Translations under genes and position numbers: made by a program
The notes under the pieces: generated by a model
Told to the model about the DNA's origin: nothing
Seen by the model: only the letters and a program-made list of their open reading frames with translations
Database searches by the model: none
Source of the DNA: Nitrospirales bacterium
GTDB lineage: Bacteria; Nitrospirota; Nitrospiria; Nitrospirales; UBA8639
Assembly (NCBI GenBank): GCA_965223295.1
Contig: CBDCWC010000003.1
Location: 544,001-608,000, forward strand
Reading direction: 5' to 3'
DNA length: 64,000 bases
Part shown: piece after piece, positions 8,879 through 18,517 of the stretch
How positions within the stretch are numbered: the stretch's first letter is position 1
How the letters are laid out: every line of letters starts with the position of its first letter

Positions 8879-10396
8879 ATGACTGAACCCGCCCTCACTG
8901 ATTCTATTGCCGATCCTTGGATTGAGATTGGCCCTCAAACCCTAGACGAGGAGTTGCTCAACCAGCGGGCCTGGCGCATGCCTGACATTGTCATTTACCA
9001 ACATGGCCCTGAAGAATGGTGGGTGGCCCCCTTGGATGAAGAATTGCCACTGGTCCGATTAAACCGTATGGGCGCCACCCTACTTGGCGCCATGGATGGA
9101 CGCCTGACCATCGGAGCCTTGCTCAATCAATATGGGAAATGGGTGTGCAGTCCTACTCAACAGAATGGGCGTTGGCATCTGGAACGGTGGGCTCAACCTC
9201 GATTCTCGCTGGCCTTCTACGGAACCGAACCGCCGAGCGGGCACAGTGCCGAAGCGAAATGGGATCTGTTACTCCAAAAAGTTCGGGAAGGCTGGCATCA
9301 AAACGTCAAAGCTGAAACAGAAGATCATCTCTCCAAATTTCATGTGCAAGGCATTCAAGGCCCGCATGGACATTTCGAAATTATCGAGACCACTGTTTCT
9401 CATCTGTTTCGCGAGCCGTGCGAAGCCATGAACGGCCTCACCTATGGACGTCTCCTAGGTAAAACGCTACGCCAGATGGGATGGCTATCCCCCAAACCCA
9501 AACAGATTGTAGAAGTAGGCGCGGGACTAGGCTATGTCTCAAAAGAACTGGCGGAGGAACTCTCGGCCGAAGAGCGAAAAGATATTAACTATACATTTCT
9601 AGATCTGACTGGTCCATTCCTCGGGTCTCAAACTTCACTGGCTCAAAAAGCTGGGTGGAGAGCCTCCGCCATTCAAGCCAATGCCGAACACATGCCTGTA
9701 GCAGACCAATCAGTTGATTTGCTCATTGACAATGAAAATCTGGCCGACATGACGCCTGTGCAATTCTCTGGCGAGGAACTCCTGATGTTTAAAGGAGACA
9801 ATCCAGAACATGAAGAAGCGTTAGACCTCATCAGGCGCATGCACCTTCCGCTCATGCCGCCCTTTCCTGATGACGTTATTTTTAATTACGGCGCTATTCA
9901 ATTTCTCCAGGAAGTTTGGCGGGTCCTTAAACCAGGTGGGCGGGCGATCTTGATTGAATTCGGCATCGAAGAGAATTGGCCTTCACCCGTTAGATTACCA
10001 GGCCATACGGAATATGAAGTACAATTCAGTCATCTACGTCATGCCGCCAAATGGCTGGGGTTTCGCGAACAGTATTGCACGTTGCCGCAATTGCTCGGTA
10101 TGAATCCTGATACCCAAGTGCTTTGCACCGGCGCGGCCTATACGCTTCGACGCATCTGCCACGAACTAGGTGAACCCTTTTCCGTTCGCGCGTATACGGA
10201 AAAGGAATTAGGCTCTGCATTAGGCGAGCTCCTTCCCAAACTCACCGGTCTTCATTACCACAATGTCCTCGACCCCGCCTGGTTCGGTCTTTGGGATTTC
10301 AAAGTCATGTTGCTCGAAAAACCCGGCAGCATGAGCATCGGCCAACAACCGGCCTTCAAAGAATCTGCCGGCTTCCGCTGGTACACCCAACAGTAG
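8879..10396 (+). CDS. Class I SAM-dependent methyltransferase with an N-terminal PqqD/RRE-like segment
   Basis: IVEVGAGLG; EVWRVLKPGG; N-terminal LVRLNRMGATLLGAMDGRLTIGALL; the upstream ORF extension reads through a repeat and is likely spurious. Confidence 0.75.
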   Translation: MTEPALTDSIADPWIEIGPQTLDEELLNQRAWRMPDIVIYQHGPEEWWVAPLDEELPLVRLNRMGATLLGAMDGRLTIGALLNQYGKWVCSPTQQNGRWHLERWAQPRFSLAFYGTEPPSGHSAEAKWDLLLQKVREGWHQNVKAETEDHLSKFHVQGIQGPHGHFEIIETTVSHLFREPCEAMNGLTYGRLLGKTLRQMGWLSPKPKQIVEVGAGLGYVSKELAEELSAEERKDINYTFLDLTGPFLGSQTSLAQKAGWRASAIQANAEHMPVADQSVDLLIDNENLADMTPVQFSGEELLMFKGDNPEHEEALDLIRRMHLPLMPPFPDDVIFNYGAIQFLQEVWRVLKPGGRAILIEFGIEENWPSPVRLPGHTEYEVQFSHLRHAAKWLGFREQYCTLPQLLGMNPDTQVLCTGAAYTLRRICHELGEPFSVRAYTEKELGSALGELLPKLTGLHYHNVLDPAWFGLWDFKVMLLEKPGSMSIGQQPAFKESAGFRWYTQQ

Positions 10397-10429
10397 TTTT
10401 CTTTTCCCAAATTATTTCCTGATAGTTTT

Positions 10430-11353
10430 TTATAATTTTTGAGCCAGATCGACAAGGATCCCTTCACGGAGGCCGTAATCGCTGACGAGGCATGTGTGTT
10501 GATTGAGTGTTTCCATGATTCGGCGGAGAATGACGGTGCCCGCTATAATGACAAATTCGCGGCCTGGTTCCAGACCAGACATTTTTAGCCGTTCAGAACC
10601 TGTTTTGCTGACGAGGTTTTTCTCTAGACGAGTAATCGTCGCAAGGATGAGTTCATAGTTATGGATTCGACCACGGTCATACTCTTTGAGTTGTTGGGCC
10701 ATGGCAGCCAACGTGGTCACGGTACCTGCTGTTCCGACAAGTGGAATGTCTGGCAACGGACCAAACGTCTGCTTCATATTAGCCAATTGCTCATCTATCA
10801 CGCTTTCGGCATTGTGAAGATCTTGCCGGGTTGGCGGGTCGTGATGAAAGACCCGTTCCAACAATCGCACCACACCAAGATCTAACGAAATCATTTTTGG
10901 AGATTGTTCATTTTTCGCGAGAATACATTCTGTGCTTCCACCACCAATATCCAACCCTATAAAGCTTGAAACGTGTGTAGGCAACCCAAACCGAATACCC
11001 AGTAAAGTCCGCCGGGCTTCTTCTTCGCCCGTGAGAACGTCAACATCCCAGCCTGTTTCTCGTTTAACTCGCGTCAGGAATTCTTGACGATTTTCCGATT
11101 CGCGTACTGCACTCGTAGCCACAACCACCGTCGCATCCACAGCATATTTAGCTGTCCTTTCCCGCCATTCGGTAAGTGTGGACACTACTCGATTCATGGC
11201 GTCGTGTGCCAATCGTTTGTGTTGATCCACACCTTCGCCAAGCCGTAGGATTTTCCGACCTGCATCGATTTCTGCAAATTGGTACGGCATCTGCACATCA
11301 GCAACTAAGAGGCGACACGTTAAGGTCCCGATATCAATCCCTGCTAACCGCAT
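10430..11353 (-). CDS. ppx: Ppx/GppA exopolyphosphatase family protein
   Basis: GIDIGT, ATSAVRE, GEEEA, DIGGGSTE, GLREG. Confidence 0.9.
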   Translation of the reverse strand: MRLAGIDIGTLTCRLLVADVQMPYQFAEIDAGRKILRLGEGVDQHKRLAHDAMNRVVSTLTEWRERTAKYAVDATVVVATSAVRESENRQEFLTRVKRETGWDVDVLTGEEEARRTLLGIRFGLPTHVSSFIGLDIGGGSTECILAKNEQSPKMISLDLGVVRLLERVFHHDPPTRQDLHNAESVIDEQLANMKQTFGPLPDIPLVGTAGTVTTLAAMAQQLKEYDRGRIHNYELILATITRLEKNLVSKTGSERLKMSGLEPGREFVIIAGTVILRRIMETLNQHTCLVSDYGLREGILVDLAQKL

Positions 11354-11547
11354 AGTTTTAAGCCTCTCTATTCATCCGGCAAATACAGCCGAATGTTCAT
11401 GACCGCTAAGACTGTTGATTTTCTCAATTCCTGAAATTTTCTTGGCCTTCTTTTCCAGTTAGAACAGCCTGTGGTAGGATTTTATGCTTTTCCATAATGT
11501 GGAAGACAAACAAATTTCAGTCCCTTAACTTACAAAAGGAGCAGAGA

Positions 11548-11820
11548 ATGGCGCAAATTCATTGCCGCAAATGCGATAAAGACGGTGACCCCATCACCGA
11601 CAATTTGTTTATGGGAAAGCTTGAAGCCGAAATTAAGGAAAAAGTCTGTCAGCCCTGTTGGAATGAGTGGGCAGGCCCAGGCGGCACCAAAACCATGGTC
11701 ATTAACGAATATCAATTAAATCTTGGAGATGAAAGCGCAAGGGACACGCTGAAGAAACAAATGCGAGCCTTTTTGAAGTTAGATGAGACCGAGACAGAAT
11801 TCAAAGATTATCGGCATTAA
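11548..11820 (+). CDS. Fe(II)-trafficking / oxidative damage protection protein (YggX-like)
   Basis: CRKC...VCQPCWNEW...TMVINEYQLNL. Confidence 0.8.
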   Translation: MAQIHCRKCDKDGDPITDNLFMGKLEAEIKEKVCQPCWNEWAGPGGTKTMVINEYQLNLGDESARDTLKKQMRAFLKLDETETEFKDYRH

Positions 11821-11970
11821 GCAGGACGCGGGTACACGTTTTGTTCTTTACGAGATTCTGACGCATCAATGTGATGATATATTCTTTGCAAGTTTTTTTA
11901 TCCTTTTCCAAATTTCACTCGTATAGAGGCACCTCTTGAATGATCTAGTGATGCGCGATAGGATTATTTA

Positions 11971-12531
11971 ATGGACACCCCACTCGGCAAAGGCGTGTTC
12001 CTGATTGCCACGCCTGCACTAAAAGATCCCAATTTTCGGCAAACCGTCATTCTTCTGTGCGAACATGGCCCTGAAGGTGCCTTGGGAGTGGTCCTGAATC
12101 GGCCCACCGAGATGAATATTACGGAAGTACTGCCACACATGCCTGTTCTGGAAGGTCAGCCGCATCGAGTGTTCTCTGGAGGCCCCGTGCAAAAAGACAG
12201 TTTGCTGGTGTTATATCATCTCAACGAGGAAGTCGAAGATACGCATGCCGTCATCGATGGCGTCTATCTGGGTGGTAATACGGAAACACTCAAACGCATC
12301 CTAGAAGTTCCAGCCGAAGAAGAATCGTTTCGTGCCTTTATGGGCTATTCCGGATGGGGGCCAGGACAGTTAGAAAATGAAATGAAAAGCGGATCCTGGC
12401 TCATCATGCCGGCTAAACCCAAATTCGTCTTCGAAGACTATCCTTCGGGCCTGTGGGCAGAAGTCCTGCAAACATTTGGCGATCAATATAACATGTATGC
12501 CCACATGCCTGTTGACCCCACCCTCAACTAG
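11971..12531 (+). CDS. YqgE/AlgH family protein
   Basis: DPNFRQTVILLCEH, GGPV, GYSGWGPGQLENE. Confidence 0.9.
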   Translation: MDTPLGKGVFLIATPALKDPNFRQTVILLCEHGPEGALGVVLNRPTEMNITEVLPHMPVLEGQPHRVFSGGPVQKDSLLVLYHLNEEVEDTHAVIDGVYLGGNTETLKRILEVPAEEESFRAFMGYSGWGPGQLENEMKSGSWLIMPAKPKFVFEDYPSGLWAEVLQTFGDQYNMYAHMPVDPTLN

Positions 12532-12540
12532 TCTTTTTTA

Positions 12541-12927
12541 TTATCCCAGCGACCTCTTCCTGACCAAGTCTTCCGGAGACCGCTTCCAGGTTTCCGCATC
12601 TACGACTAACCATTTCTCACCAGTGTCAGGGTTCAGATCGATCGCCAAATCACAATAAGGAACAGAGAAAGGTTTTTGAATCCAACGTGGGACGATATGT
12701 TTGACACTCATATTTCCCCACAAGCGAGTCCACCAAGAAGCCCCTCCGGCATTTAAATCCAACACCACGCCTTCCTGTACGCATCTCACAACCTTCCCTA
12801 GTCCCTTCCAAATCACATGCTCTGGTCTATCGGCCACAGGCTTCTGAAGAATCATGACTTGAATCATTTTCCCTGTCATCGAAATAAGCCATGTCTTCAG
12901 ATCATTTTCTGATTCTGTTGATTCCAT
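12541..12927 (-). CDS. Hypothetical protein
   Basis: Fills the gap between genes, protein-like composition. Confidence 0.55.
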   Translation of the reverse strand: MESTESENDLKTWLISMTGKMIQVMILQKPVADRPEHVIWKGLGKVVRCVQEGVVLDLNAGGASWWTRLWGNMSVKHIVPRWIQKPFSVPYCDLAIDLNPDTGEKWLVVDAETWKRSPEDLVRKRSLG

Positions 12928-12999
12928 CACAGATAATTCTCTCAATCAGTTCATACGCCTGACAAGACCTAAGGATCGTTATTTGATAAGGTCATAGAG

Positions 13000-14283
13000 A
13001 TGAACACACCAAGCCAGCCATCTTCTTGGCTGCAAAATTTTTTCATTCTGCTTTTTGGCCCCAAAATGCTGGTCATGCTGTTGACCGGCTTTTCTTCTGG
13101 CCTTCCCCTTCTCCTCACTGGCTCCACCCTCAAATTTTGGATGCGGGAAGAAGGTCTCGATTTGACCAGCATCGGAGTTTTTGGACTCGTCGGACTCCCC
13201 TATACCTTAAAGTTTTTGTGGGCGCCGCTATTGGATCGAATCGTGCTGCCGTTTGGTGGCCGCCGTCGAGGTTGGATGTTCATCACCCAAGTTGCCTTAT
13301 TGATCACCCTAGCCTTCATGGCTTTTGCACAACCGGCCATCCATTTACCGGCCATTGCAGGATTATGTCTACTCATCGCATTTGCGAGTGCCAGCCAAGA
13401 CATTGTACTTGATGCATACCGCCGCGAATATTTGAAAGATGAAGAATTAGGGATTGGGTCTTCCATCTTCGTCAATGGATACCGTCTTGGATTGTTGGTC
13501 TCCGGCGCATTGGCGCTGATCTTAGCCGATTATCTGTCTTGGCCCACAGCCTATTTCATCATGGGAATGTGTATGGTCATCGGAATTGTGGCAACGGCCT
13601 ATGCACCAGAACCTATGGTGGAAACCATCCCGCCAACATCACTTCGTGAAGCCTTTGTCGGACCACTCCTCGAATTTTGTCGTCGACCAGGCTGGCTATC
13701 GATCCTCCTGTTCATTTTACTATACAAAATTGGAGACAGTATGGCCTCGGAAATGCTTTCACCTTTCTGGGTGGATTTAGACGTTTCAAAATCCACGGTG
13801 GCAGGAATTATCAAAACATTTGGATTAGCCGCAAGCATTGGCGGGGGAGTCTTAGCAGGTCTCGTCGTCTATCGATGGGGAATTATTTCTTCCCTTCTCG
13901 TTTTTGGGTTCCTGCAGATGATTTCCACAGCAGGGTTCGCACTCCTCGCAATTTTTGGCAATCATCTCTTTTTACTCACAACTGTCATTGCGTTCGAAAA
14001 TCTTACCGGAGGCATGGGAACCACAGCCTTTGTGGCCTTTATGGCCAGTCTTACTGACAAGCGGTTCACCGCCGCTCAATATGCCTTGCTCACCAGCGTT
14101 ATGGGAATTCCTCGTGTATTTGCCGGATCCACTACCGGACTACTTGCCACTTGGCTCGGATGGGAAGGGTTTTTCGTCTTTTGTACCGTATTGGCGATAC
14201 CAGGACTGTTATTGATTACGCGCCTTCGTAAACTCACAACAGGACCGAGTCCACAAGACATTGCCGTTTCCTCGAAAACCTAA
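13000..14283 (+). CDS. ampG: AmpG family muropeptide MFS transporter
   Basis: GFSSGLP, LPYTLKFLWAPLLD, ASQDIVLDAYR, QYALLTS. Confidence 0.9.
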   Translation: MNTPSQPSSWLQNFFILLFGPKMLVMLLTGFSSGLPLLLTGSTLKFWMREEGLDLTSIGVFGLVGLPYTLKFLWAPLLDRIVLPFGGRRRGWMFITQVALLITLAFMAFAQPAIHLPAIAGLCLLIAFASASQDIVLDAYRREYLKDEELGIGSSIFVNGYRLGLLVSGALALILADYLSWPTAYFIMGMCMVIGIVATAYAPEPMVETIPPTSLREAFVGPLLEFCRRPGWLSILLFILLYKIGDSMASEMLSPFWVDLDVSKSTVAGIIKTFGLAASIGGGVLAGLVVYRWGIISSLLVFGFLQMISTAGFALLAIFGNHLFLLTTVIAFENLTGGMGTTAFVAFMASLTDKRFTAAQYALLTSVMGIPRVFAGSTTGLLATWLGWEGFFVFCTVLAIPGLLLITRLRKLTTGPSPQDIAVSSKT

Positions 14284-14319
14284 TTTCTTATAGATCAGGA
14301 AACGAGTTACGAGCAAAAA

Positions 14320-14359
14320 CATTGGCGGGGATCAGATAAACATCTGATCCCCGCCAATG
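14320..14359. terminator. Long hairpin between convergent genes
   Basis: cattggcggggatcagat / atctgatccccgccaatg inverted repeat. Confidence 0.7.
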
Positions 14360-14566
14360 AGGAGATGGCCACTATGATACTGAGGGATGTCCCTCACCAA
14401 ACCTTGAATGAATCAAGGCAACTGTTATTTCTTTCTTCCTTTGCCATTATCCGATTTCGATCAATTACCACTGTGATAACTCCGAGGTCATCGAAGCCTA
14501 CTCAACGTGATCGACCATATAGGCTTGATAACGGTGAGCACTCGTGGTTGAAAAATTCGATCACGA

Positions 14567-16396
14567 TCAGTCTAGCGACGATAATGATAATCCAGTTGGA
14601 GCCGTTGGTGCTGTTGTATCAACTGTAAGAGCTACCGAAGCTTGTCCTTGATGTTTTGGATCGCTATCGGAGACCTTCACCATCATTGAATAGGTCGTAT
14701 CAGCAGTGCTCGTGAGTTGAATGTTCATTGTCGTCGTTCCAGATTCGCTTGGGGCAAGATCCAACACTGAATCTTGAAATGTTCCTTCAGCACCAGAAGG
14801 AAAGATTCCCATCACCGAAAAACTAGCATTATCACACCCTGCGCTATCCTTATTGGTGACAGTCACAGTATAGGGTTGAATCTGATTATTCACACCTACC
14901 AATTGTGAATTAGGGCTCACCGAAACTTGTGGTGTTTGTACTACGCACGATGCAAAGCTGACATCAATCTTGACATAGTTAGCGTTGTTTTCGACCTGGG
15001 ACACCGTGATGTCGTTGTTCGCATCCTGGAATTGATAGAGGTTGGGATCACTGAAATCGCTTTTCAACACTTTGATAAAGTGCGACCAATTCCCGGATTT
15101 CAACCCACGGTGAATATTGACTCCTGTTGTATAAGCAGAAGACATGGCGGAATCTTTGCCGGTTCTCTGCCGGTAAGAAAGATAATAAGGCCAACCATTC
15201 GCCGGCGTAATGCGTAAAATTTGAGGATCAGTCGAAATGGCCGGATCCGTCCCTAATGGGGCTAGCGTAAACTGTCCAGCTTCGGTGACATCCAGCACTT
15301 TATCTCGTAAATCCGCACGATCAAACCAGCCAGCTTGATCCATGTGCACACTGTTGACTGTACGTTTCGCACAGCAATATCCCATCAAATCGGAGGTATC
15401 CCCATATTCCACGTTCCTTGTGCCGTCATTATCGGGATCCGTCGCAGCATGATGCCACCCAATGTTGTGGCCTAGTTCATGCGCGAAGGCAATGGGATCG
15501 ATCCGGGTACTCCAGGATTTTCTTGTGGACGTACTGTCATAGCTCCCTATTTCCCCTATGGCCAACCAACTACAACCTGAAATCGCTTTCGGCGGGACCA
15601 CATACAGTTTGTGACGATATCCATTGACATTCACCGGAGAGACAGCATCCGCATTGTTTGCAATGGTTCGATATGCACAACTTTCAGCCGGATCATATGG
15701 AACAGATACGACAAAAACATCTGTTGAAGCACTTCCCGAAAAGGTCACTTGCCCAAATGATGCTTCTTTATAGGCGCTATTGACAGAAAACTGCGTTGAA
15801 TCATACATATATCGGCCAGCCGTCTCGGCATGGGTCGCCGTAAATGGAGAAGCGCTTTCTGCCGAATAGTCGACTCCATCCATATTGACCAGGAAGGTAA
15901 TGGTCTTCCGATCACCAACTGCAGTTGCAGATGCCGTGCTGCGATTGGCGGTACTGCTTGAACTCTCCCCATCTAACGCCGCAACCTCACTGACCAAAAT
16001 TTCTTGTTTTTGCTGACCTTCAGCTTGCCGAGCTTGCCTTCTAGCCTGGCGTTCCGCACGTCTCCCCTTGATTCTAATTTTCTTTCCTGTGCGGAGATAT
16101 TTTCGAATATGTTTGGGAGGCTGCCCATCAAATCTCATCTCAATGAAATCTGTAGACCCGCGTTGTTGCAAAAAATACGCTGTCCGTGATTGCTGAGGAT
16201 TCATTTCATCAATATGAATAACGGTGACTTCCCCTTCTACCTGTTCAACTGTGGAATTTTCACTAGCCAGGGTCAACGCCGGTTGTACGGATCCAACTAC
16301 CAAAGCAAGACCAAAGACTGTGAGATAGTTTCGAACTCTTGAAGTGGCGAGTGATGAGTTCAGACCTGTGTTTACACTTAACGCAGTCATTTCCAT
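14567..16396 (-). CDS. Secreted M11 (gametolysin-like) zinc metallopeptidase with an Ig-like/NEW3 domain; C-terminus probably truncated
   Basis: Signal peptide; HELGHNIGWHH zinc motif; EYGDTSDLMG Met-turn; ends just after DTTAPTAPTGL. Confidence 0.85.
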   Translation of the reverse strand: MEMTALSVNTGLNSSLATSRVRNYLTVFGLALVVGSVQPALTLASENSTVEQVEGEVTVIHIDEMNPQQSRTAYFLQQRGSTDFIEMRFDGQPPKHIRKYLRTGKKIRIKGRRAERQARRQARQAEGQQKQEILVSEVAALDGESSSSTANRSTASATAVGDRKTITFLVNMDGVDYSAESASPFTATHAETAGRYMYDSTQFSVNSAYKEASFGQVTFSGSASTDVFVVSVPYDPAESCAYRTIANNADAVSPVNVNGYRHKLYVVPPKAISGCSWLAIGEIGSYDSTSTRKSWSTRIDPIAFAHELGHNIGWHHAATDPDNDGTRNVEYGDTSDLMGYCCAKRTVNSVHMDQAGWFDRADLRDKVLDVTEAGQFTLAPLGTDPAISTDPQILRITPANGWPYYLSYRQRTGKDSAMSSAYTTGVNIHRGLKSGNWSHFIKVLKSDFSDPNLYQFQDANNDITVSQVENNANYVKIDVSFASCVVQTPQVSVSPNSQLVGVNNQIQPYTVTVTNKDSAGCDNASFSVMGIFPSGAEGTFQDSVLDLAPSESGTTTMNIQLTSTADTTYSMMVKVSDSDPKHQGQASVALTVDTTAPTAPTGLSLSSLD

Positions 16397-16442
16397 GCTC
16401 AACCTCCTGTAGAAGGATTCTGGTCAGGCACGGGTAGCCGTT

Positions 16443-16474
16443 TAAAGAAAAGAAGCCTTTGGAAAAGCTCTTTT
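16443..16474 (-). terminator. Terminator hairpin in the riboswitch expression platform
   Basis: Minus strand aaaagagctt-ttcca-aaggcttctttt followed by cttt. Confidence 0.6.
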
Positions 16475-16478
16475 GCGG

Positions 16479-16575
16479 CCATAACCCGGCGATCCCGCTG
16501 TCTGAGACAAAGCCCTCAGACCGGTGATTTTGCGTCACCACCTCACGATGGTTATGCCCTGAAACAGATTATGGG
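16479..16575 (-). ncRNA. Cyclic di-GMP-I (GEMM-I) riboswitch
   Basis: Minus strand AGGGCATAACCATCGTGAGGTGGTGACGCAAAATCACCGGTCTGAG...CAGCGGGATCGCCG matches the GEMM-I consensus; P1 ccataat/gttatgg. Confidence 0.85.
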
Positions 16576-16600
16576 AAATTGATGTTGTGCTCGAAGGAAG

Positions 16601-16627
16601 TTATCGGTACATCCCGAGAAAACTTTT
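16601..16627 (-). promoter_or_regulatory. Sigma28 (FliA)-like promoter
   Basis: AAAAGTTT-N11-ACCGATAA versus consensus TAAAGTTT-N11-GCCGATAA, just upstream of the riboswitch. Confidence 0.6.
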
Positions 16628-17052
16628 GTGAAAATTCTTTTTGCATACAATGTGACAGATCATTCATGAACGCATACTTATTCAGTATGCAAAGGATGAA
16701 TGAATCCGACAGGACTGGGACTAATCAAACACGTTGCGGAAAAAATTTGTGGGCATGATGAGAAATAATTGAAGTGGGCAGCAAAATCGAAAGACCGCCT
16801 TAAAAAGACCGGAAAGTATACTGAGGAGGTTCAGAGGATTGCTGAAGGAGGTGATGCGAGAATACGCCACCCTGACTCACCAAAGATATTGAAGATGATA
16901 CCGGCAGAAAGAACTTCAAGGTTCATCAGAAATTTACTCATCTCTTATCTTAGAAATTACGATAAAGGACTAGATGTTTTTTCGACTCTAACGTTCCAGG
17001 AGGGTCGTTTTTTATTCTCATTCTCCAATTGCATCATTGGGGACGAATAAAT

Positions 17053-17556
17053 GATCCCCGCCGCAAGCGGACGGGGTATTTAGAAGAGCGTCAGTTGATG
17101 ATCTTTATGTAATTGGGTGTAGGTCTGCCCTTGCTCCTTGACATATTTAGCAATCATTTGCTCATTGCCATGTTGCCCAACCGTACTCGCATAATACCCG
17201 TCACTCCAAAACTCTCCACCCCAGAGCTGCTTCTTGACCTGAGGACAGCGTTGAAAAACTTTGCGGGCCGTCAGACTCTTTAGCATGGTGACCACCTTCG
17301 TAACGCTATAGGTCGGCACCACTTGGACGAAGAAATGAACGTGATCCTTATCCATGCCAATCTCCAAAAATTTAATCTGGTATCTCTTCTCAATCTCTAA
17401 ACACACCTCCTTCAAGGCCTGATCCCCCCGCCATCAAAAACCGCTCGCCGATACTTTGCAGGGGAAACTAGGTGATATAACAAAACCGAAACATTATGGC
17501 TCTTGTAGAGATGTTTGCTCACCCCCCATGTTACGCCGCAAGCGGCGGGGAATTCA
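17053..17556 (-). mobile_element. IS200/IS605-family element (IS200-like)
   Basis: Subterminal hairpins with a ccgcaagcgg core at 17056-17076 and 17534-17547 flanking tnpA. Confidence 0.85.
17080..17522 (-). pseudogene. tnpA: IS200 TnpA (HUH Y1 transposase), frameshifted
   Basis: N-terminus MSKHLYKSHNVSVLLYHLVSPAKYRR from GTG 17522 is out of frame with DHVH...LWGGEFWSDGYY...YVKEQ; shift at the C6 run 17424-17429. Confidence 0.85.
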
Positions 17557-17865
17557 CCCTTAACTACGATTAAAACCACTCGATTTCGTCACATCTAACA
17601 ATAGACTGCGCTCCCAATATCAAAAGGGAACAAATAGGTTGGACATCTAGCTTTTGAAAATTATGCAATCGTGTTTTGTTTAAGAAATAACAACATGTTG
17701 CCGATATATTTATACTGGCTCCATACCCATAGAGAACATCGACCATATCATTCTCGAATACCATTAATTTCCTATTTTCCGAAGACAAATTCCTGTCATT
17801 AACCCACAAGCGAAAAGATCAGTGAGTGAAAGAAGATTTTCATTCCAAATAAACAGGTCCAGTCG

Positions 17866-18516
17866 GTGATTGAAAAATTCTGGGGAACGTGCATACGAAA
17901 TATTCCCTCGACCGGGAAAGTTCTTTATCTCACATTTGATGATGGTCCTCATGAATATTGTACGCCCAGAGTCCTTGACCTTCTGTTGCAATACCAAGCC
18001 AAAGCCACATTTTTTGTGGTCGCCAATGCCTTACACCATAATCTTGCTATAGGGCGCTCGATTGTGGCCCATGGTCATACCATTGGCAATCATTCTTTGG
18101 ACCACAAATATCATCATTTCTTTGGCAATACACGTTACCTTATGAATTGGATAAGCCGCGCAAGAGATAGCATAGAACAATCCCTTCAAATTCAAACCGT
18201 TGGATTTCGGTCGCCATTGGGACTTCGAACTCACCATCTGGGAACGGTATTACAAAATCTGGAATATCCCCTCATTCATTGGAATCAACGTTTTTTTGAT
18301 ACACGGTGGGGACTCCCGCGAACCATTCTTTCACGTAGGATCCCTCAGTTCCAAGCCGGCGACATCATTCTCCTGCATGACACACATCGGAAGTATCATC
18401 AGTCTTTTCTGAAAGGATTGGAGATGTTGCTCGTCAACTCACTCCACGCAGGATTTTCTTTTCAATCTATTCCATCTAATTTAGCTCCTTGCAACTTGAA
18501 GCTTCTTGCCGTTTGA
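17866..18516 (+). CDS. Polysaccharide deacetylase (NodB/CE4)
   Basis: LTFDDGP, GNHSLDH, FRSPLG, IILLHD. Confidence 0.9.
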   Translation: MIEKFWGTCIRNIPSTGKVLYLTFDDGPHEYCTPRVLDLLLQYQAKATFFVVANALHHNLAIGRSIVAHGHTIGNHSLDHKYHHFFGNTRYLMNWISRARDSIEQSLQIQTVGFRSPLGLRTHHLGTVLQNLEYPLIHWNQRFFDTRWGLPRTILSRRIPQFQAGDIILLHDTHRKYHQSFLKGLEMLLVNSLHAGFSFQSIPSNLAPCNLKLLAV

Positions 18517-18517
18517 T

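Noticed and set aside
16769-17050. 93-aa ORF next to the IS
   Set aside because: TTG start and no recognisable motif; possibly a remnant.
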